Shown: positions 54,001 through 64,000 of the stretch, piece by piece
Layout of the letters: every line of letters begins with the position of its first letter
How positions within the stretch are numbered: position 1 is the stretch's first letter
From: Chrysomallon squamiferum
Taxonomy: Eukaryota > Animalia > Mollusca
Assembly: GCA_012295275.1 (NCBI GenBank)
Contig: CM022670.1
Span: 7,688,001-7,752,000 of the forward strand
Reading direction: 5' to 3'
Length of the DNA stretch: 64,000 nt
Notes under the pieces: model-generated
Seen by the model: only the letters and a program-made list of their open reading frames with translations
The model's database searches: none
Told to the model about the DNA's origin: nothing
Made by a program: the position numbers and the translations under genes

Positions 54001-54779
54001 GGCAAATATATATTTTTTTCATATAATTAAATTTTTGAAAATTACTTTTGACTTCTAGAAATTTCCATATATATTTCCGCATTCTAGGTTTTCCCTTTTT
54101 AATGTTATCAGTGTTTAATTAGCTCTACATCAACACTTTTTTAATGTAATGGTTTCAAGAAATAATGTTATGGTCACGTGACAGTTTGTAAGCCATAAAT
54201 ACCTACGTCATTAATTATTATATGATTAAAATGGAAGTACGGGTTATCATATACTGACCATGCTGTTTTAATTTAGAACTAGAAATAATATTTTTCGAAT
54301 AACAGAATAAAATTATTATTTGTTTAAGGTAATAAAAGCAGAAGCATTTTGTTATGATGTCAAAGGCCTGTATTAATGTTTAGTTAATTTTAAAATGAGA
54401 AGAAAACGTGAACAAGATCATTCTCTATATTAATTTCCACAGTAGCATAAATAAAATCAAAATTATTATTACATAACTATTTTCTAGTTAATGAATTTTA
54501 TTAATTTAAGATTCACACAAATTAATAACAGAAAAACGTACTAACGAAAATAACATGAATCAATATAAATAAATGTATAAATAAATAAAAACTGGGAGAT
54601 TAGTAAGCAGATCTTTTTTTGCAGTTTTTTTTTTTTTTTTGGTTTAATTTTTGTTACAACAAACATAGGCCTACCTCGAGCCTGTTTTGCGTAGCCGGTG
54701 AAGTTCCACGGTACACATTGTACGTCCGTGTTATCGTTCGCTTGGAAATGCTGTGGCTGACGTCGGAATCGTAGTCCAT
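38980..54779 (-). CDS. Prm: Paramyosin (863 aa, 13 coding exons)
   Basis: Exons 54779-54675, 46765-46709, 46273-46187, 45728-45237, 44823-44627, 44026-43894, 43247-43031, 42553-42313, 41920-41725, 41029-40901, 40522-40151, 39731-39531, 39144-38980. All GT-AG and phase-compatible; total 2592 nt. N-terminus [43 protein letters not shown], continuous myosin-tail coiled coil, C-terminus [18 protein letters not shown]; no motor head. Confidence 0.96.
39335..39487. repeat. 21-bp minisatellite in paramyosin intron 12
   Basis: About 7 units like AACATCAGTAAGACCTTTGTT. Confidence 0.8.
50817..50848. promoter_or_regulatory. Intronic muscle module: CArG + MEF2
   Basis: CCATAAAAGG (50817-50826) and CTAAAAATAG (50839-50848) 12 bp apart in a CpG-rich patch; another perfect MEF2 site CTATTTTTAG at 52625-52634. 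Confidence 0.55.
51569..51632. repeat. Short palindrome/hairpin
   Basis: TTTCGTTTGTTAGAGATCATATATA...TATATATGATTTCTAACAAACGAAA. Confidence 0.75.
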
Positions 54780-54900
54780 ATTGGCGGCGGGTTTGGGGCA
54801 CGACTGAAGATCACAACAACGCTATGGTAAGGTCGAAAAGGTTCTGAGACACAAACCACAAGATCAACACCGGTTCTGCCTGACAACGTAACGCAAAGCG

Positions 54901-54985
54901 GACTGAACAGAACGCCCGATCCAAAATTCCTTAAATACCCTATACATAGCAATATATACGTAAATACGCTTCCGCTAGAGGGCGC
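54901..54985 (-). promoter_or_regulatory. Putative paramyosin core promoter (Inr, TATA-like, CTCF-like site)
   Basis: TCAGTC (Inr TCAGTY) at 54906-54901; TATTTAA at 54937-54931, ~33 nt upstream; CCGCTAGAGGGCGC at 54972-54985 matches the CTCF core; locally CpG-rich; ~125 nt above the ATG. Confidence 0.6.
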
Positions 54986-55271
54986 GCTCGCTGGAAGAAT
55001 GTTCCTGGCGAGGTAACCCGATACGCCTTTCGCCTGGTACCAATTGGCGGATGCTATCATCGGCCTTATTTACTAGAGAGCTTTTAATAAAGTTAATATT
55101 ACGACAGATAGTGAAATGTTTGGCAATATTTTTATTACATTTTCCTGTCCTCATAAAATAATATAGGTATTGAAATAAAATAAAATATATATAAATATAT
55201 ATATATATATATGTGGTTTTTTTTTCTTCATGTTGTTATGCAGTGATTATGGGTGCATGGCAACGCATGCG

Positions 55272-55281
55272 CCATATATGG
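55272..55281. promoter_or_regulatory. CArG box (SRF) upstream of paramyosin
   Basis: Perfect CCATATATGG, ~370 nt upstream of the putative TSS of a muscle gene. Confidence 0.55.
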
Positions 55282-56024
55282 CAGGGGGCCTGCCCTCCGA
55301 ATAGGTGAGTAAGACAACCAAGTAATACAGACAACAGAGGCAGAGACGTCTATAGCGATTTACCTTGAAACTATGTGGATCCAAATATGTCCCTAACAAC
55401 GCTGGCGTATAGCAAAAGAAATATATTTAACAACTTATTGTATACTTTTAAAAAAAAAAAATTGACCTGAGCTGTTTCTAACTATTTTTCTTTTCTGAAA
55501 AAAACTCGGGCAGACTGGCAGCGAGAAGGTTTTGTGTTTCATGTGTGTTAGATCGGTTTAGCTGTTAGTTTCGAACACGTAGAGAGATTATGTATGAATT
55601 AATACAGCGTGAATAACCGGGGGACTGGAGAAATCGCATTGTCATGATTTTTTTTTTGATTTTTTAAATTACTTTTTTTTTTTCAAATATAAATGAAAAT
55701 GTACTTACTTTGATACATACATATATATACACATGGTTGCATGCATGTATACATATATACGTACAATCTTACATACATACATATTATACACATTCATATA
55801 CATACATACATACATAAATACATACATACATACATACATGCATATAAACATATGCATACATTAAATATATACGCACACTTTCGTACATCCTTAGATCCAT
55901 ACATACATTTAGATATAATTATAACAAATTTACACCAAATCGTATCATACATTATTTTCATTTATAACTTATTATTATTTTGTTTTAAATTTTCTTCTGT
56001 TTGTTAATTTATTTATTTGTATAT

Positions 56025-56063
<39 letters not shown>

Positions 56064-58739
56064 TTTGTGTGTTTGTTTCTTTATTTCGTTGCTTCTATAT
56101 TTTTTATTTTCTTAAATTATTTATTTATTTTTATTTTTTTTATTTTTTTTTTTTTTTTTTTTTTAAATTCCTTATGAAGTTTCACTCTGATATGAAAACA
56201 AGATTTCAAACCTAAAAGATTAACATCAGAATATTAATTACATTTTCGATACAAATTATAAAATGAATTGTCTTCATTATAAAATATATTTGTCTTCTAC
56301 GGGTGAAGTATCCCATGTTGTATTGTCAAATAGTTTCCTCTTTTCAAAAAAAATTCATAATTATATCTAACACTTATTAATGGCCGGGTAGGAAGAGTCT
56401 TCAAACTAATATTTATTTAGTCGGTCATTCGTTACGTTTAAACGTGGTCATTTAGTGTATCTATGGTATCCAATGTACAGTTACGTGACGTGTGTTCCCG
56501 TGTTTTAGAGTCGTTGCTGTTAAACTGCTGACTTGCGAGTCGAAACGGAACAGGTTACGAAAACGGACTGTGTATTTGGAAGTAATCCAGCCCATTGGTT
56601 TCCATGGAAACGTCAGTGTTTTTGCCGAGCCAGTCAGACATACCTGTAATGCATACAGTAATAAAGAAATGAAATAAAAGGGGAAAAAAAAGAAAGGAAA
56701 AGAATATGCATTTCAAAGCAGGAAGTTAAAAAATATTTTTTATACTTTGAAATTAAATATAGATAAATTTAACAACGGCAGTAATAACAAAATCATAACT
56801 TTGATGATAATTGAAATACTGTAATAATAAGAGGAAATACATCCATTTATCATTAACAAGTGACAGACTTTTCATCTTTATACACTAATAAAGTTGTGGA
56901 CTTTCTTTTTCTTTTTTCCTTCTTTTTTTTTTTTGTAGTTATTGTTCTTTTTTCTGCTGCAGCTGTTGTACTTTTGTTTTTTTCTCTTTCTGTATTCATT
57001 AAAATTAATATAAAATGTCTTTTTTTCTTCTTCTTCTTCATTTCGATTATAATTAAATATTATCGTTTAAGGAAGTAACCACAAACGTTTTGTCGAATAA
57101 TGTTTTGTTATGCTTAAACAATTCGATGTATATATATGTTAAAACTTAATATTAAAATGTGTTGTAGTAATGGAAATAACTCTATGAACACGATGGTATG
57201 TCTCACTCGTGCATTCTATCCACTGGGCCACACGATTTTCCTTTAATGTAGCTATAAAGATAACAGTAAATATTGTTTTGACATACGAAAGTGAGATTAT
57301 ATTTGACTGGTTAGATATTTCCTATACCAAAGCTACTGATATTTGTCAAACATAAAAAAAAAAAATATATATATATATATATACACATAAGCTCTATAGA
57401 TAATTTTATGAGAGTATGAGTCACTTTATCAGCGATTTGCATCTTAGGGAATACTTTTTTGGGGGGTTTAGGAAGAGAAAAAAAATAATGAAGTATTGTA
57501 GAGATTTCTTCTCAAACAGATGGAAAAGAAAAAAAAAATCTTCTAACAAGTTTCGGCTCCTCATAGCTAAGTTCAGAAAGTTTCTAAATCCAAGTTAGAT
57601 GCCGAAAACAGCTGCATATCATCCTTACTGGATGAAAAATAAAAAAACATCTTCTTAAGCCATTTAGAAGGTTTTGGTAAACAGACGTTTTGACAGACAA
57701 TACAAGAACGTTTCTAAGATTAACTTTCATAACATTAACGAGGCTGATCGTCAAGGATTATGCAGAGGGTGATGATGGCTGGCAATCGTGGTGGAATGCT
57801 GCATGTTGCTATTAGTGTTAGTAATAAAGTGCATCTGGATGCTGCACAAAGCATTCATATTGCTTTATATGGAGAAAATACTCCAGATTTTGACTGATAT
57901 CAATAGTTCTATAGTAGTAACTAAAATACATAAGTGATATATATCAACAGATGTTGAATGTTACTGGTGAAATATATGCTTTTTTTTTTTTTTTCTTTTC
58001 TTTTCTTATTTTAATTCTTCTTTTCGTTTTTTTTTTTAATTTTTATTTTTTTTTTTTTTTAATTTTTTCTAGTTCTTCTTTTTCTTCTAATGATGATATG
58101 AGAGAAACAAATAACAGCTTCTTGAACTAGTCTTCAGTAAGCAGAGTTGTGCTTTTTACATCTACCTTCCCTTGTCTTAAAAATAGATACAACGTTTTTC
58201 TATAATAACAGTGGCGGGGCAATGACTGGAACGGGAAATAACATCAACGATTAAGCTGAGAGAGCTTGACCCAGAGGTCAATCAGCCGAGACACTCTTTC
58301 CTGATATGATGTTTCGAAATACAACGAACGTCATGTTAATTGCATCGTGTAACTGAGTTACCTGGTGTTTATTAATATTAATAACATCAATTCCTACATG
58401 TTGCGTTTCATATTAACTTAGTAACATTTCGACACTGTTATTTGTGTTGATTTACTGAGAATATACACAGTGCATTAGTTAAACTGTTATCATATCGTAC
58501 AACATATTCGCGCAGTAAACGAATATCCCCCGACATTCCTTAACTAAATTCCACGTAATAGGTGAATGCTAATTTTCGCGCAGTGCATATTTTTGTTTAT
58601 ATTTGTTATGTATAGTGGTTGCCTCACACTGAATTAGTTGCGACAGGCGGTAATGTTAACTTGTATATCGTGTTTATATTAACCAGAAATATCGTTGCAA
58701 AAAACGAAATTTTAATTTTTTTTTTTTTTTTTTTTTTTT

Positions 58740-58911
58740 GTCAAGATCGAAAAATTCTTATTGCATATTATGCAACACCTTTTTGATTCTTTAATTCTTT
58801 TCTTATCTTGCTTTCTTTTTTTTTTGTCAAGATCGAAAAATTCTTATTGCATATTATGCAACACCTTTTTGATTCTTTAATTCTTTTCTTATCTTGCTTT
58901 CTTTTTTTTTT
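58740..58911. repeat. Perfect 86-bp tandem duplication
   Basis: GTCAAGATCGAAAAATTCTTATTGCATATTATGCAACACC... starts at 58740 and again at 58826. Confidence 0.9.
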
Positions 58912-59687
58912 CTTTCTTTTCTTCCTTCCTTGAATTTAATTAAATATTATTTTATCCTGTAACAAAATCAGGATTTGAGTTTAACTTAATAAGAGGGTTC
59001 AAAGATCAATTCATTTTGCTGTGCCCATTATTTTTTTTCCCGTTTCAGCCTTGACTTGTTTTGGCTTGTGCTATTATGTTTACCGGAAAACTGGATATAA
59101 AAATTCCTTGTGTAATAGAGATAGCTTTCTTTTCTTATTGTTGAATCGCTTTAATGAAATTAAATATCTAATGTATTATGACGTCACTAAAAAAAAAAAT
59201 AATAAAACAAAAAATAAATAAAACAGCACACATGTTTTTAATTAAAAATTAAAAATTTGCTGTCATATCACGAACCATTTATTTTTTTTTTTTTTTTTTT
59301 ATATAGTTTTGTATTTTCTATGACGAATAAATGGAAGTCTATTAAAGAAACATATTTAATATAAATATCTGGTAATTATTTTGTTATAATTGATATCTTT
59401 CTGACGCCACATGACAAATTATTTTTAATATAAATAATAAAATATTATTTATCATGAAAATTTTTTTTTTCGACAATAACGTGCATCTCGTTATCAGTAA
59501 TAATTGTGGTAATCTGTTTTGGGTTTTATTAGACTTGGCTGATCCAGTACAGATGTGTGTGATTGATAGAATTAGTGGTGAAGAACAAACAAGCAAATCT
59601 ACCAATAAACAACTAGTTTCCTTGTTTACACAATTTACTTTGTTTACACTCGGTAATCTTCATTTAGTATTAGGCCGTCGGCCTATT

Positions 59688-59955
59688 ATCCATTTTACCT
59701 AAACCCCATTTTGCCTTTACCCATTTTGTGTACATCCCGTCTTCTCTAAACCTATTTTGCCTACAACTCACTTTTGCTTAACTCATTTTGCCTGCAACTA
59801 AATTATTCTTAATCACTAACTATTGTCATTTTTTTTTTATCATATTGTAAGTAGACTGAATGCAAATATACAAAATTTAAAATTTTAGGTTTTATGGTTG
59901 TCGTCAAAGTGATGGTAGGCAAGGTGTTTGTAGTAAAATGGTTCTAGGCAAGGTG
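59688..59955. mobile_element. Degenerate foldback/MITE-like element with short subterminal repeats
   Basis: CATTTTGCCTA-like units on the left (59690-59795) and inverted TAGGCAA/TAGTAAAATG units on the right (59915-59952). Confidence 0.45.
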
Positions 59956-62900
59956 CTCTAAAAGATATGGAATGAATGTTCACTATTTTAAGTAATAGAA
60001 TAAAATACATTTTTCCTATCTCCAGTTATCTATCAATTAGTGTCAGACATATTAGTTAATTATTGTTATTATTAAAACAAGGAAGTTTGTAACTGTTGCT
60101 CTGTCTGTTACCATTTAAAAACTTGAAATAACAGGCACGAAAATTAACACTGTCTGGATCTTAATACATTCCAGTAGAGAGGAAGCCATTCACACCGCTG
60201 GACTTTATAATTAAAAACAATATTATATTCTTTGGTAAAGTTTCAGATTTTAGGTTTGGGATTTCGCTTCGAGATTTTTTCTTGCCGTCCGCCAGTCAAT
60301 GGACTTACGTTTTAGGCTAACCTAAGGCGTATATATATAGGATACACAGTGAAAGTATCAGCACTTTTCTGTATTAGTCTTTGAGTGGAATAGAAAAAGG
60401 AAATGACCTAGAGGTTTATGTTATTATTTTTGTGGATTAGTTTGAGAGAGAAGATGGCGTAGTGATCTATATAAGTGTTGTAATGGAATAGTTAGAGGAG
60501 ATCGCATATTTGTATGATAGCTTCCAAATGACCTCTGACTTAAACCCCATAGCAGGACGGGTTCCCAATTTCTACTAATCCACATAATCCACAATGTCTG
60601 GCTTTATCCCACATTACAGTAGATAAAACTATTCTAATTCTCTCTCATCGGAACTCCTGACTGTGTAACGAAAAAATATTGAACATTCAGAGAGTGCACA
60701 AGTGTAATGTAATAGAAACGTAGCATAGAGTATAAATTTATACAATATTACATTATTTAACATTCGATTTACATATGATTACAGAAAGTCTATGTCTGAC
60801 AAATGCAGCATGTAATTAGTTCGGTACTAGTACAAGCTGGCATCAGCTTGCTGGCAAACCTTCGACTGACCATCACAACATCGTTAATTTAAAGCAATAG
60901 CCAAGCTGTATACACATCAGTTTATGACAAGACACATCGCAGTCTGAACCGTACGAATGTAGATAATCTGACAAGCAGTTAAGAGAGAGTGCATCACTAT
61001 GTGGAAAATTCCGTTTTGATCCCTTGTGATTTTGTAAGAAAAAAAAAATTACTCTGCTTGACGAGTTGAGTAAAATTTCAGATGGTTGATTTTTATGAGA
61101 ATATCTTTCGGATAAATTCTTCTGAACTATAAATGCACATTCTGTTGCTAGAGTCAGTGTATCCAGTGCTTGGAACAATTCCAGAATGCAAATTGGTCTT
61201 TATCAACATATGTTTGTAAGTGATGAGTCGCCCTTTGGATCAGTGTTAGAGCACAAAGCTGGGAAATGACAGGTATTTGGATCAAACCTGATCAGTGTGT
61301 GTTGTACTGAATTAGTTTGTGTCACTTTAATAGAAACATGCCTCGTTTCCTAAAGGCCGTGCGTTCCCGCTATTAGAAAAAGAGTAGGCTGTGTTATGAT
61401 TCTACCAGAGTTCCTCTTTCACTAAGTACTGATCTTAACCAAATTTAAAATTTACGACATCATACAACTGTATGCATTGTTAAATAAAACATCTCTTCTG
61501 TTTTGTTCGGGATCCTTTACCTTTCATCGTAGAACTGTCACTCGTTCTAGAAAGTCACTAGCCTTATTCATTAAGCAGCAGATTAGAATTAGTCTACAAA
61601 AAGTCAGCATTGTTGTCGGTTTAAGGCAAGGTAAACCTGAAATAATTATAAACAACTGTCTGTCTCCGTAAACCTCGTTAGTAGATGTAATTGTATACCA
61701 GTGTACTGCAACAAAAATACAAATGCACACGAACAAACGGAACGATGATTCTCCAGCAGAAAGTTCAAATGTCCAGTGCACACTGTGTATCAAAATATTT
61801 TGAGATATTTTCTTTGTAAATGCATGTCACATATCATACCTATTATTCTAGATACATTTATCACTAGATATACTATATATCTCAAATATCATTACGTGTT
61901 CATGTCGTAAAAATATATCATTACATGGAGTAAACGTAATTATCACAAAATGATATGTCATGAATATACTAGTGGTTATAAAAGCCAGTTGATTATAATA
62001 TCTACTTTATATATTATTAAATACGTTTGGGCTCTGTAGATAATTTGATATATGGCGTACAATTGCATCTAACCAGATCATACAGCGTACATATGTATAT
62101 GATTGCATATATCTCACAGAGATTTCAGTTGAGGTTCTGATATATGACCAAGTTATTTCACTAGATAAATTACAGAATGATATTTCCATATCCCTTACAT
62201 GTCCTAGATGTCTGCCAGATTGTAAGAAATACGTAAGTGATTTGAACAGATACAAAGTCCGACACGAAAACTCTGGTCTATACATTCAGATCACATCGCT
62301 AAACACCTACTCAAACTGAGTTTTGGGTAAGCAACCTTTAGAGATAAGGTAATCAAAAGACGACATTTCGCCCACAGCAGAAACCCGATGACGGGGGATA
62401 TACGCGAATTAGCAAACATCTTTTAGTCGTGTGAGAACGAAACAACAGTTCCAGCTCGAGTTTTTCTTCGACTGACATTTGCAGGTGATGGGAACGTTTA
62501 CTAAATCATTCATTGATGTGTTCGACACCTGCCGCAGAGGCCCGATTAAGGTTAAAGAATACTAAACGTGTTCATAAAACAATGTGTACTGTAATGTATT
62601 TTGCAGATATATTTGCAGTTCATCCGATTCTGCATAATTAAATATACATACATCGATAATTAGGTCTGTAAGTGTTTCTAAAAACATGCATTCACACAGA
62701 TACCTTTACATAAATACAGACACACACAGACTTGCGCGCACACACACACGTTTCAGGCTAAAATACTACACATTAATAACAATACAACACTATAACTAAA
62801 AGCAGTATTAGAAGGACTTAGGGAGTGATAATTTTATCTGTGTTATATTAATTCTGCTGGACGAGTGCGAAGCCAAGTACAAATGGTGAAGTATCGTATG

Positions 62901-64000
62901 ACTAGAACTAAGAAATTGCTAACAGATGCTATTGCGTGTTTTCCTCACTACAGGTATGAACAACACGCAGCACACTGTATAATACCTATGAGGGCTAATG
63001 CCATGTCAGATAGTATTAAGCGGTTTTATCAATCTGAGATAAATTAGATATTGAATTGGTTCTGTTTTATTTAGAGCAGTAGGACAGATTAACAAAATAT
63101 TTACAAACTGAATACACATTGATTATTAATATACATACTTACATTCAGACATGCATACACACACACATACACACATATATACACACAGACACACATTTAT
63201 ATATATTTATTTTTGAATACATGTATATTTTGACGTAAGTAACTAGATAAATTTATATTAATTATTACATAATACATAAAAACATACATATATGCATATA
63301 TACATTCAGACTGACAGAGATTAAGAAAGAAATATACACAGATAGAGAGGTAGTTAATTAGAAGGATGACGGAGAGACGGTCGGATGGATGGAAGGATTG
63401 TTCAGGAATTAGGTACGTAAGTAGACAGACGTACAGAAATATAGGCAGAAAGAGAGGAAAAAAAAGAAGAAGAAGCAGAAGAAAGACAAGACAGATGGTG
63501 TGTATATATATGTTATTTGTGAAATACAGTTATTACACTAGTTAAAGACGTGTTTTGTAAGTATGTATGTAATGTTTGCTTTACGAATGTCCAAAAGAGG
63601 GAAACTCACAACTAACGTGCGTGATTAAGCGAATGCACACAGCTATTCACTTTGCGTGCATGTATTGCTAGTACAACATTCAACAAATAACTGACTATAT
63701 TTCCAGCTGTTCTTTTTTGTGTGTGATTGCATCGTAGCATGACGGTTTTCTACCATGTCAACGTTAATAAGGAAACTAGAGTGATGTATGTATGTGTAAA
63801 TGTGTGTTCATATCTGTCTGTCTGTCTGTATGTTACTATGTGTGTTTGCGTGTATGTTTATCGACATATCAATCCAACAACCCATCTACCCACTCACCCA
63901 CAATCCCATTTTCATTTATCCATCTTTCCATCCTTCTATTTCTATCCATATCTCTCTGTCTGGCCATCTGGCTGTTTTTAAAGGAGAACAATTGGATTAG

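Noticed and set aside
38980-54779. Myosin heavy chain rather than paramyosin
   Set aside because: Complete 863-aa rod with a short paramyosin-type N-terminus and its own promoter; no motor-domain exons.
60873-61270. 101-aa minus ORF and a plus-strand 'FVSDESPF' resembling Tc1 transposase
   Set aside because: A single short motif without flanking DDE similarity or TIRs.

Overview
AT-rich, microsatellite-dense eukaryotic DNA with GT-AG introns. It is molluscan by the paramyosin N-terminus; cephalopod/octopod-like is inferred but not provable from this window. (1) ~0.3-37 kb: a minus-strand tandem array of 4-exon LRAT/PLAAT (HRASLS, permuted NlpC/P60) phospholipase/acyltransferase-like genes. 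Five copies are complete (146-160 aa, His-His-Cys triad, NCEHF motif; copy 5 has a damaged acceptor) and at least seven pseudogene remnants lie between them, all built by segmental duplication. Introns of sister copies are nearly identical, while amino-acid changes cluster around the catalytic residues and in a hypervariable C-terminal exon, with patchwork sharing suggestive of gene conversion. All five share a TTC-N4-GAA (STAT-like) upstream motif. This looks like a rapidly diversifying, possibly defence-related lipid-enzyme repertoire and is the best candidate for an undescribed system. The array also carries two copies of a THAP-encoding ISL2EU-like DNA transposon (AT TSD, empty sites visible), a pogo/Tigger-like end, a ~220-bp inverted repeat bracketing the last exon of copy 4, and a captured piece of the paramyosin 3' region. 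(2) 38980-54779: a complete 13-exon, 863-aa paramyosin gene (minus strand) with core promoter, CTCF-like, CArG and MEF2 motifs. (3) 55-64 kb: mostly non-coding, with small repeats. Nearly all ORFs in the supplied track are microsatellite or antisense artefacts. All exon models and counts are manual readings.
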